This document shows positions 9,436 to 17,894 of a DNA stretch of 64,000 nt, piece by piece (within the stretch, counting starts at the first letter, position 1; every line of letters begins with the position of its first letter). The translations under genes were made by a program, and so were the position numbers. The stretch lies in contig CAXXJV010000001.1 in the NCBI GenBank assembly GCA_963663475.2, positions 160,001 to 224,000 of the forward strand, written 5' to 3'. This stretch comes from Candidatus Cloacimonadales bacterium (GTDB taxonomy: Bacteria > Cloacimonadota > Cloacimonadia > Cloacimonadales > JAFGVF01). The notes under the pieces are model-generated. The model did no database searches. It was not told the DNA's origin and worked only from the letters and a program-made list of their open reading frames with translations.

Positions 9436-9447
9436 GGCTTACTCCTA

Positions 9448-9858
9448 CTAATGTAATTGATCTGGTTTGAATTCTAAATTGTTCATTTCCATAAACTTCT
9501 TGATTGCAACCTTCTTCACTTCATTAAGAATGCCTTCAAGCATAAAACATGCTGTAGTTGTGGGGTATCGAGAACTTAATATGATACTTTTATTATTAAA
9601 AAGTTCCCAAAGATAATAATTTACGGTAGTTCCATAGTCACATCTTCTTATCTTACAAAACTCATTGAAAGCATCCTTTTCATCAATACAGGACAACTTG
9701 TGCATATGATCAATCCCTAGTGTACCATTGTCTAATATGATATATCTAACTATTGAAATGTCTATACTACCTTTCTTATGCATAAATTCTGTAATTGTAT
9801 CATCTTCAATTATAACCTTTTTACCTGAATTATATTTACTGTCATTATAATCTAGCAT
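9448..9858 (-). CDS. Hypothetical phage protein
   Basis: 136-aa ORF with AGGAG RBS, coupled to the upstream gene. Confidence 0.6.
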   Translation of the reverse strand: MLDYNDSKYNSGKKVIIEDDTITEFMHKKGSIDISIVRYIILDNGTLGIDHMHKLSCIDEKDAFNEFCKIRRCDYGTTVNYYLWELFNNKSIILSSRYPTTTACFMLEGILNEVKKVAIKKFMEMNNLEFKPDQLH

Positions 9859-9859
9859 C

Positions 9860-10144
9860 TTACTCTCCTCTGCTTATTTTTTCATTAACAACATGTTCTG
9901 GTATCATAGCTCCTTCAATAATCTTGTTTTTAAGGACTTCTCTGTGACTTTCAATCCAAGGACCAAGCAAATCTTCTATCACTTTCTCAACTTCTGCATT
10001 ATTACGAACTCCCATGATAATTCTCCTAATACTATCAGGTTTCAGGTCCTTTCCAGTCTCCTGATTTATATAATCTGTTAATAAATCATTAGATAAAGAA
10101 TTCGCAGTCATAGCAGCTCTTATTTCTCTTACTTCATACTTCAT
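9860..10144 (-). CDS. Ner/Cro-like transcriptional regulator
   Basis: First gene divergent from the repressor; EIRAAM...L...SIRRIIMG.R HTH-like pattern. Confidence 0.6.
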   Translation of the reverse strand: MKYEVREIRAAMTANSLSNDLLTDYINQETGKDLKPDSIRRIIMGVRNNAEVEKVIEDLLGPWIESHREVLKNKIIEGAMIPEHVVNEKISRGE

Positions 10145-10218
10145 ATTTATCTCCTTTAATTATTTTTCTTGACGGTTTTAACTTTTTACTTCACGCTGTC
10201 CACATATAGGACAACAAT

Positions 10219-10263
10219 GTTTACTTTAAGAAACTTGTCAAGAAATTATTTACTTTAGGAAAC
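10219..10263. promoter_or_regulatory. Lysis/lysogeny switch: two operator-like boxes flanking a leftward -35
   Basis: GTTTACTTTAAGAAAC (10219-10234) and ATTTACTTTAGGAAAC (10248-10263) flank minus-strand TTGACA (10236-10241). A third related box is at 10410-10425. Confidence 0.55.
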
Positions 10264-10271
10264 AAAAACTT

Positions 10272-11006
10272 ATGATAGGATTACGATTTAAAGAGTTTAG
10301 AAAGGCGTTAAACCTTACTATAGAGGAACTTGCGACTGCTATAGGCAAAAGTAAGGGTGCGTTAAGTAAAATTGAAAATAATCAAAATATTCCTAAATCG
10401 GACATCTTAGTTTCCTTTAATAAACTTTATAATCTAAACATCAACTGGCTTCTTTCAGGTAAAGGGGAGATGTTCTTATCCCAAGAAATAGATCAAAAAC
10501 CTAAACACAAAACAGAACTCAATGCCGACAAACTCAAACAATACATCGACCTGGGTAAATCAAAACTAGAGGATGAACAAGCCAAGAGCATTAATAATCC
10601 TTCTTCTGTTGTTTCACTTCCAATTGTAGGTGAAATTGCAGCAGGTAACCCTTTAGAAGTTAGAGATTCAGATCTTCTTGGTAAAATACTAGTATCTACT
10701 GAACTGATCAGTGATCCTGAAAACTTTTTTTGCTTCAGGGTAAATGGATGGAGCATGAGTCCAGAGATACAGCATAACGATGTCGTTATAGTTAATAAGA
10801 TATATGACTATGATGATATGGATAACAGAATTGTAGCTGTCAGATTAGATGATGGTATCACACTTAAATTACTTAAGCTTGATCATGAAAATGAATGCTC
10901 CTGGTTAATGCCAATCAATGATGACTATAAACCTATTCTTATAAATCAATACTCCTCAATAGCGATGTTGGGAGTTCTAGAATTCTTAATTAGGAGTTAT
11001 AAGTAA
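10272..11006 (+). CDS. CI/LexA-like repressor (XRE HTH + S24 peptidase)
   Basis: N-terminal HTH, IAAG cleavage site, VNGWSM serine and TLK lysine. Confidence 0.92.
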   Translation: MIGLRFKEFRKALNLTIEELATAIGKSKGALSKIENNQNIPKSDILVSFNKLYNLNINWLLSGKGEMFLSQEIDQKPKHKTELNADKLKQYIDLGKSKLEDEQAKSINNPSSVVSLPIVGEIAAGNPLEVRDSDLLGKILVSTELISDPENFFCFRVNGWSMSPEIQHNDVVIVNKIYDYDDMDNRIVAVRLDDGITLKLLKLDHENECSWLMPINDDYKPILINQYSSIAMLGVLEFLIRSYK

Positions 11007-11049
11007 ATAACTCAAGGCATAATCCTAACTAGTGTATTTGGAGGCTTTT

Positions 11050-12423
11050 ATGAAGCTAAGACCAAAGAATGGTCCAATTGATTTTGGTTATTTTGTTGAT
11101 TATTATTTAGAGTTACAATTAAATTTATCTGAAGATTTTAAAGATTCCGATGTAGAAATATTAGGGAATTGGAAAAGTTCAACTAGTAAATATTATGATT
11201 TAGTTCTTATACAAAAATCGAAGGAAATTGCATTTTTTGAAATAAAAGATAACATTTCCTTAACATCAAGTAGCAATAATACATCACAAGAGAATTTTGA
11301 ATCTACTTCCCTTTTTTTCTTAATTAGCTTAAAAGAAGGAAAGATTTATTTGACTGACTATAAAAAATCAAACCCGTATCAAGAAGTAACATATAAACAA
11401 GTAGTAGATAAAATTAAAGATCTAATGCGTAAATTGAACGAAGATATTTTAGATGTTATTGGTCGCGATTTCGTTGATTATATGAAAATGGAATCTTTAG
11501 GAATGAAGTTAAAAGATGATACTATAACTTTAATTAATAGAAAATTAAAACCAATAATGTTCACTTTAAATCAGCAACTAGAGTTAGAATTCAAAAATAA
11601 AACAGAAAGTGGATTCGAAAATCAACTCTTTAAAAGTATGTTAACAGAATCTAATAATAGAATTGCTAGATATATGTCTTTGGAATCTTTCTATTTAACA
11701 ATAAAAGAAAGCAAGATGTATTTTGGAAGTATCTTTGCTATGAATGATAAAAGAGAATTCGGGTTCTTCGAGAAAATTGTAGAAAAAGAAAAGTCTCATT
11801 TAGAAAAATGCACAGATAGCGATATTGAAATTGGTAACAAGAATTTTATCACTTCATATGTTACAGAAAAAAAACAAGATAGTCTGACTTTATGGAGACT
11901 TTACGGTGATAATGCAACTGGTGTATGTTTAGTTTTCCAGATTGATAATAAAAAAAATCAACCTCCTTTTTATATTAGTAAGGTCAACTATTGTGATGAA
12001 TCAGAAGATGATGCAGCTATTTTCTTAAAGAAGTTAAGAACTTATAAATATCAAACAAATAGTCCGACACAACAATTTTATACATTCAGATTCAATAAAT
12101 CTTTGAAGTGGAAGTATTTCTTTAAAGCAAATGATTTTAGTGACGAAGATGAAGTTAGAGTTCTTTATCATTATAACGAAAGTGAAGAAAAATCCGACAA
12201 GATTAAATTAGAGTGGAGGTTGATTAATAATATAATTGTACCAAGTGTATTAATTCCAATCAACTATGACAAATTCCCACTAACTTTAAAAAAAATAATT
12301 ATTGGGCCAAGAGCTTTCGAAAAAGAAGTGAATGTTAGGCAAATTAAACAATTTTTATCAGATAATGGATTTGATACAAAAAATATTGATGTGAAGCCTT
12401 CAGAAATAGATAATTACAGATAG
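11050..12423 (+). CDS. DUF2971-domain protein with N-terminal PD-(D/E)xK-like motif
   Basis: DSLTLWRLYGDNATGVCLVF, K...F..E.EVR and IIIGP motifs; N-terminal YDLV...IAFFEIK. The ATG at 11050 follows GGAGG. Confidence 0.75.
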   Translation: MKLRPKNGPIDFGYFVDYYLELQLNLSEDFKDSDVEILGNWKSSTSKYYDLVLIQKSKEIAFFEIKDNISLTSSSNNTSQENFESTSLFFLISLKEGKIYLTDYKKSNPYQEVTYKQVVDKIKDLMRKLNEDILDVIGRDFVDYMKMESLGMKLKDDTITLINRKLKPIMFTLNQQLELEFKNKTESGFENQLFKSMLTESNNRIARYMSLESFYLTIKESKMYFGSIFAMNDKREFGFFEKIVEKEKSHLEKCTDSDIEIGNKNFITSYVTEKKQDSLTLWRLYGDNATGVCLVFQIDNKKNQPPFYISKVNYCDESEDDAAIFLKKLRTYKYQTNSPTQQFYTFRFNKSLKWKYFFKANDFSDEDEVRVLYHYNESEEKSDKIKLEWRLINNIIVPSVLIPINYDKFPLTLKKIIIGPRAFEKEVNVRQIKQFLSDNGFDTKNIDVKPSEIDNYR

Positions 12424-12488
12424 AATAAATTTTATTAGCGATTATCAGCTAGATTTTTACATTTCTACATAATTAAATAAATGGAGTT

Positions 12489-12995
12489 ATGATGACAGAC
12501 AAAATTCAGACATTGCTTATCAAGGCAATAAAAGAATCACAGATATTGAGAATAGATTTTAGAAAGCAGATAAAACAACAGTTATTAAGCATTAATGAAA
12601 CTGATTCTGGTGTTTACATGTTCTTTGTAAAGCTTCCTGATGATAAGACCGAAGATGATTTCATGAAAGTTTGGAAAGAACACACAAATTATTTTGATTC
12701 ATCCCCAAAATTAAATGGAAATTATAAAGACCTTAGCATATTTCACAATCCAAATGCAATAATAAAGTTATATGTAGGACAATCAATGAATCTACTCCGT
12801 AGAATTACTGAACATTGTACTATTTCCGAAAACAATCGTATAGGAAGCTTAAGGTTATCAGAATTCTGTGATAATAATCCTTCTTATAAACATTCATTTA
12901 TCCTTTTTAGCTTTTCTTTTGATGGGGATGTAAAACTTAGAATAGAACTTGAGAGTGAATTAATGCAAAGGTATAAATTCATCGTTGGACAATAA
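12489..12995 (+). CDS. GIY-YIG-like nuclease
   Basis: SGVYMF...LYVGQSMNLLRRITEH...LESEL. Confidence 0.7.
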   Translation: MMTDKIQTLLIKAIKESQILRIDFRKQIKQQLLSINETDSGVYMFFVKLPDDKTEDDFMKVWKEHTNYFDSSPKLNGNYKDLSIFHNPNAIIKLYVGQSMNLLRRITEHCTISENNRIGSLRLSEFCDNNPSYKHSFILFSFSFDGDVKLRIELESELMQRYKFIVGQ

Positions 12996-13227
12996 TTTCT
13001 CATTTAATCTTGCAGACTATTAAAGGTCTAAATTAGTTTTTTTCTCATTTATTTTTGCAGACTTTCAACTAAGATAGGCCTTTTATATTTTTCTCATTTA
13101 TTTCTACGAATTTATAAGAAATTCAACTTTTTTCTCATTAATTAAAAATACCAATAATCCCAGCAAGCCTACTTATAACACACACAACCCAACTTTTATT
13201 ATTTCTCACTTATTCTTACCCCCCTTA
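12996..13227. repeat. Transposase-binding end repeats of the Mu-like element
   Basis: TTTCTCA(T/C)T boxes at 12996, 13041, 13090, 13131 and 13202; the first two extend to TTGCAGACT. Confidence 0.7.
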
Positions 13228-13273
13228 TGAAGAGTTAAGAATAATATTCTGCTATTGACACTTGCCCAGCTTT

Positions 13274-13401
13274 AACTGGGAAGGCGGGCATCCTTGCCCG
13301 CTTCCAGCAAGTAAGTGCTGGAATTCTTCTTACACACCCACTAAAGTGCGTGTTGCGGGCAGGGATGCCCGCATTCCCAGTTAGGCCCGCATTCCCAGTT
13401 A
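13274..13401. repeat. REPIN-like doublet of inverted ACTGGG-foot REPs (family A)
   Basis: ACTGGGAAGGCGGGCATCCTTGCCCGC ... GCGGGCAGGGATGCCCGCATTCCCAGTT. Relatives near 3026-3090, 15158, 17700, 22083, 27917-28170, 36215 and 39885-39946. Confidence 0.8.
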
Positions 13402-13665
13402 GAATCTTCTTTCCCTTTTGTGTTTTCGTGCCTTTGTGGTGAATCACTTATTATTATCGGTGTTTTCGGTGGCTTATTCTTCCTTATTAAAACTCTGTGA
13501 AACTCCTCTTTACCTCTATGAACTCTGTGTTAAAGAGCTTTTCTTATTCGTGAAATTCGTTCTAATTCGCGTTAATTCGTGTAAAGAATCTCCCCGTCTC
13601 CCCGTCTCTCTATCTCCCCGTCTTTGAGCCGAAAGGCGAAAACCTTTCTCCCCATCTCCCCAAAG
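13402..13665. repeat. Mosaic of short degenerate repeats (CTCTGTG, ATTCGTG, CTCCCCGT, GAGCCGAAAGGCGAAAACC)
   Basis: The same modules recur at 14930-15290, 17750-17893 and 43300-43420. Confidence 0.7.
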
Positions 13666-13721
13666 GATATTTAGAAAATAATTTGACAATAAGTCAACTA
13701 GTTTAAACTTGTCTCCTAATA

Positions 13722-13790
13722 GGTAGATTGATTTGTCTTTTTTGCAACTGCCAACCTCCTAATTAGGGGGTGAAACAAAGTGCTAATTAA
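13722..13790 (+). promoter_or_regulatory. Probable SAM-II-type riboswitch (long-loop variant)
   Basis: P1 GGTAG/CTGCC encloses TTGATTT...TTGCAA, followed by an inserted hairpin ACCTCCT-AATT-AGGGGGT and GCTAA. It lies directly upstream of metK. Confidence 0.6.
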
Positions 13791-13855
13791 GTTTGAAAAT
13801 TAGTTATGCAATATCAAACCTAATCCTACCTGTAAAACAAACAAAGGAGACGCAA

Positions 13856-14815
13856 ATGTTAAGAACTGCGGAATTTGTAAGTCCAGGACATCCGGACAAA
13901 TTATGTGACAGAATTGCTGATAGCATTCTGGATGTTTGTTTATCACAGGATGAAAATACTCGTGCTGCCATCGAAGTTATGGGTGGCCACAAATTAATAA
14001 GTGTTACAGGAGAAATTACTACTACAGCATTTGTTAATGTTCAAGAAACTGTTAGGAAAATTACGGGTGAAAACTGTGGAGTACAAGTAAATATTGTTCG
14101 CCAATCACCTGAAATAGCTAATGGTGTTAATAGTGGTGGAGCTGGCGATCAGGGCATTATGATTGGTTATGCCTGTAATGAAAATGAAGAAATGATCCCT
14201 CAGGAAGCCTACCTAGCTCGTTCACTCAACAGATATTTATACAAGAATCATCCTTATGATGGTAAGACTCAGGTAACCCTTAAGGACAATGAAATTGTAG
14301 CCTTAGTAGCTAGTTTCCAGTTATCAAAGACTTCTGACTTACAGTCTGAAATCAAAGACTGGGCTAAAGAGATGAACTTAGATATCTCAAATGCTAAGAT
14401 TCATGTAAATCCAGCTGGTGAATGGAATGTTGGTGGTTTTGATGCTGATACTGGTGTAACAGGTAGAAAACTTGCTGTTGATAATTACGGACCTCGTATC
14501 CCTATTGGTGGAGGAGCTTTCTCAGGTAAGGACTCTACTAAAGTTGACCGTTCTGCTGCCTATATGGCCCGTAGAATTGCTGTGGATTATCTTAGAAAAG
14601 AAAATGCCAAAGAAGTTTTTGTTGAACTAGCATATGCCATTGGTGTTGCTGAACCTGTTCAAGCTACTGCTATTATTGATGGTGTTGAAAAACAAGTTGA
14701 AGGCTATGATTTGACCCCTAAAGGAATTATTAAAGCTTTAGGTTTAACTAAACCTATCTTCGGCGTTACTGCTGAGTGGGGACACTTCGGTAATGGTTAC
14801 AACTGGGATAAATAA
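13856..14815 (+). CDS. metK: S-adenosylmethionine synthetase (compact form)
   Basis: GHPDK, GAGDQG and GGGAFSGKD signatures. The ATG at 13856 follows AAGGAG. Confidence 0.97.
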   Translation: MLRTAEFVSPGHPDKLCDRIADSILDVCLSQDENTRAAIEVMGGHKLISVTGEITTTAFVNVQETVRKITGENCGVQVNIVRQSPEIANGVNSGGAGDQGIMIGYACNENEEMIPQEAYLARSLNRYLYKNHPYDGKTQVTLKDNEIVALVASFQLSKTSDLQSEIKDWAKEMNLDISNAKIHVNPAGEWNVGGFDADTGVTGRKLAVDNYGPRIPIGGGAFSGKDSTKVDRSAAYMARRIAVDYLRKENAKEVFVELAYAIGVAEPVQATAIIDGVEKQVEGYDLTPKGIIKALGLTKPIFGVTAEWGHFGNGYNWDK

Positions 14816-14839
14816 TATTTAACCTGGAAAACTTTATAT

Positions 14840-14897
14840 TTACTCTCCCCGCCTTACGGCACCCCTCTCATACCGCTCTTACGAGCTGAAAGGGGAA
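14840..14897. repeat. REP family B (CTCTCCCCGCCTTACGGCACCCCTCTCATACCGCTCTTACGAGCTGAAAGGGGA)
   Basis: Near-identical copies at 43181-43238 and, reversed, several times within 50175-54785. Confidence 0.85.
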
Positions 14898-15378
14898 TAT
14901 AGGCAGATTCAACTCTGCCTTTTTTTATTTCTCTCCGTCTCTCCGTCTCCCTGTCTCTCCGTCATTGAGCCGAAAGGCGAAAACCTTCTTATTCGTGTTA
15001 ATTTGTGTAAAGAATCTTCCTTCTTAAAACTCTGTGTAACTCTGTGGCAACCTCTGTGAACTCTGTGTTAAGGATAATTCTCCTTCGTGAAATCCCTGGA
15101 TAGACTTCTATGTCATACTGTTTTGTTTCTTGTAGGCAGTTTTAAAACTGCCTACTGCGAGCAAGGATGCTCGCGTTCCCAGTTAGTTGTAAAGAATCTT
15201 TCTTCTTAAAACTCTGTGGACTCTGTGGCTACCTTTGTGAACTCTGTGTTAAGGTTCTTAAAAAATCCGTGAAATTCGTGAAATCCGTGTGTAGATGGAA
15301 GTTTAAACTGGTACACAAATGGCAGTTTAATCTGGTACAGTTTTCAGGAGTAAAAAAGTAAAAATTCCTGGAGACAAT

Positions 15379-16860
15379 ATGAAAGGAGCCAAAGTGTATC
15401 ATGCAATCAAGTCGTTAAGCAAAGCAGGTAATAGTGTAAGAGATATAGCCAAGCAGTTAAAAGTATCTAAAACAACTGTTTTACGCTATTTAAATGTACC
15501 TGATAATGAAGTAGAAGAGCTTTTAACAAAAGTTAAAAGACCGAGTGTTTTAGAAGTTCACAGAGAAGCAATAACTCAGAAAATATCATCAAATCCAAAG
15601 ATGAGACTAAGCAAATTATACAAAATATTTAAGAGAGATTATGAAGATTTACAGATAAGTCAAAGAGGTTTTTTTAATTTTTCTAAAAGAATTAAAGAGA
15701 GCTTAGAACTACCAACAAAAAGATATTACAAAGTCGTAAGTTATAAGCCAGGGATTCAGATGCAAGTAGATCCTGGAGAATGTTATATTAAACTATCAAA
15801 TAAAGAGCGGAAAAAGATATATTTTTGCGTGTTTAAATATTGCTATTCAAGAATGACTTTTGTGCATTTCCAGTTTAAGCCATATAATACAGATGATTTT
15901 ATTAGTGCTCATAAAGAATGTTTTGAATATTACGGATATATACCAGAGACAATGATTTATGATCAAACAAAACTAGTAGTAATCAAAGAAATATATAGAG
16001 AGGTTACTTATAATAGTAAGTTTTTCCAATTTATGAACAATCTATCAATAAATCCATATTCTTGTGAGGGTTATGATCCTGAGAGTAAGGGATTAGTTGA
16101 AAGAGCAGTTAGAGAAGTAAAAGAAGATTTTCTTTATGGTGAAGTTTTTAGTGGTTTGTCAGAAGTAAGAGTTAGAGCAAAAGATTGGTTTGAAGAGGTT
16201 AATAATCGAATTCACAGTTCCTTAAATGAAACTCCACGCAATATGTTTAAAGAAGAAGAGAAGATCCTTAGATCCTATAATTTATATATCGAAGAACTTA
16301 GAAAAGTAGATAAAACAGGATTAATATCCTGGAAAAGAAATAAATATTCTGTACCTTATCTCTATCAGCAAAAGAGTGTATATGTAAGAGAGAATGGAAC
16401 TTCTTTGGAAATATTAGATACTAAGAGTAGAAAAAAAGTTGCTTCTCACAGATTATCACATGAAAAAAGAAGACCTATTATATCTCAATGTCATTATATC
16501 GATTATTCTCAAACAATTGAGAAATTAAAAGAAGAAATTAAGGCATTATTCCCCAATAAGATTAATATCTCCATTTTGCTAGATTCTCTTATTTCAAACA
16601 ACAGCAAAAATCCAAGAGAGCAACTTTTAGCATTACTTAAATTTATTAATAATAATAAACATCTTAATTGGTCAATAATAATTTCCAAAGTTCTTAAATT
16701 AGAAGATATAAGAGCAACTAAAATTGAAAGTATAGTTAATGAAGAAAACAAAAAATACAAATTGCTAAACATCAAAAAGGCTAATTCATACAATCAAGAA
16801 AACACTAAAAAATCTTTAATTCAAAGAGATTTATCAATATATGATAGGATAATAAAATGA
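15379..16860 (+). CDS. istA: IS21 transposase
   Basis: HTH, QMQVD, YDQ and KGLVE motifs. Confidence 0.95.
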   Translation: MKGAKVYHAIKSLSKAGNSVRDIAKQLKVSKTTVLRYLNVPDNEVEELLTKVKRPSVLEVHREAITQKISSNPKMRLSKLYKIFKRDYEDLQISQRGFFNFSKRIKESLELPTKRYYKVVSYKPGIQMQVDPGECYIKLSNKERKKIYFCVFKYCYSRMTFVHFQFKPYNTDDFISAHKECFEYYGYIPETMIYDQTKLVVIKEIYREVTYNSKFFQFMNNLSINPYSCEGYDPESKGLVERAVREVKEDFLYGEVFSGLSEVRVRAKDWFEEVNNRIHSSLNETPRNMFKEEEKILRSYNLYIEELRKVDKTGLISWKRNKYSVPYLYQQKSVYVRENGTSLEILDTKSRKKVASHRLSHEKRRPIISQCHYIDYSQTIEKLKEEIKALFPNKINISILLDSLISNNSKNPREQLLALLKFINNNKHLNWSIIISKVLKLEDIRATKIESIVNEENKKYKLLNIKKANSYNQENTKKSLIQRDLSIYDRIIK

Positions 16861-17585
16861 TAGAAAATTTAAGGAAAAATTTATTAAGAATTAGATGCAG
16901 ACATACAATTAATAATTTAGAATCATATTTAAAATATGCACAAGATAAAGAATTATCATATCTTAGTTTTTTATCTTATGTTATTGAAAATGAATGCAAT
17001 AGCAGAAATCAGACATTGATATCTTTGCAATTAAGAAGGGCAAATTTCCCAATATTAAAGAATTTTGATGAGTTCGATTTTAAATATCAGCATTCAGTAA
17101 CTAAAAGAATGATAACAGAGTGGAAGGAGTTTAATTGGATCGATAACAGAGAAAACAAAATATTAATGGGACCTCCAGGGGTTGGTAAGACGCATATATC
17201 TATTGCCTTGGGATATGAAGCTATTTTGAAAGGATACAAGGTAATATTTTACAATATGAATGAATTAATCGATGAAATGATTATAGCCAATAATGAAAAT
17301 GATTTTAAAAAGTGGATATCTAAATTAGTAAAAAATGATTTAATCATTATTGATGAAATAGGATATTTACCTATTAAGGCAGTTAATGCAAGTTTATTCT
17401 TTAAGCTTGTTAATGAACTTTATGAATTCAGATCAGTCATAATAACCTCAAACAGACTTTTTCAAGAATGGGGAGAATCTTTTGGAGATAATGTTATCAC
17501 TACAGCAATAGTCGACAGATTAGTCCATCATGCTGAAACTATCCTGATCGATGGAAATAGCTATCGAATGAAAGGAAAAATGTAG
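16857..17585 (+). CDS. istB: IS21 helper ATPase
   Basis: GPPGVGKT, IIDEIGY and AIVDRLVHH. Confidence 0.97.
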   Translation: MIENLRKNLLRIRCRHTINNLESYLKYAQDKELSYLSFLSYVIENECNSRNQTLISLQLRRANFPILKNFDEFDFKYQHSVTKRMITEWKEFNWIDNRENKILMGPPGVGKTHISIALGYEAILKGYKVIFYNMNELIDEMIIANNENDFKKWISKLVKNDLIIIDEIGYLPIKAVNASLFFKLVNELYEFRSVIITSNRLFQEWGESFGDNVITTAIVDRLVHHAETILIDGNSYRMKGKM

Positions 17586-17894
17586 AAAAAAATTGTTTAC
17601 AACAGTGTACCAGTTATGACTTCCAAAAGTGTACCAGTTTAAACTTCCATTGACACCGTGGATAGACTTCTTTTGTAGGCAGTTTTAAAACTGCCTACTG
17701 CGAGCAAGGATGCTCGCGTTCCCAGTTAGTTGTAAAGAATCTTTCTTCTTAAAACTCTGTGGACTCTGTGGTAAGAATCTTCTATCTTCTCTTTTTTTTT
17801 GCTTTTAGCAAAAATAATTCGTGAAATTCGTCTTAATTCGTGTTAATTTGTGTAAAGAATCTCCCCGTCTATGAGCCGAAAGGCGAAAACCTTC

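Larger units (their letters stand above)
1..13227 (-). mobile_element. Mu-like transposable prophage, early region and probable left end (continues beyond base 1)
   Basis: Gene order repressor / ner-like / DDE transposase / AAA ATPase / HTH / GemA-like / DUF3164 follows the Mu early operon. Five TTTCTCA repeats lie at 12996-13227. No structural genes are in the window. Confidence 0.8.
15290..17655 (+). mobile_element. IS21 family element, copy 1 (2366 bp)
   Basis: Ends TGTAGATGGAAGTTTAAACTGGTACAC / GTGTACCAGTTTAAACTTCCATTGACA, internal repeated TGGTACA sites, 5-bp target duplication CCGTG. Confidence 0.97.
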
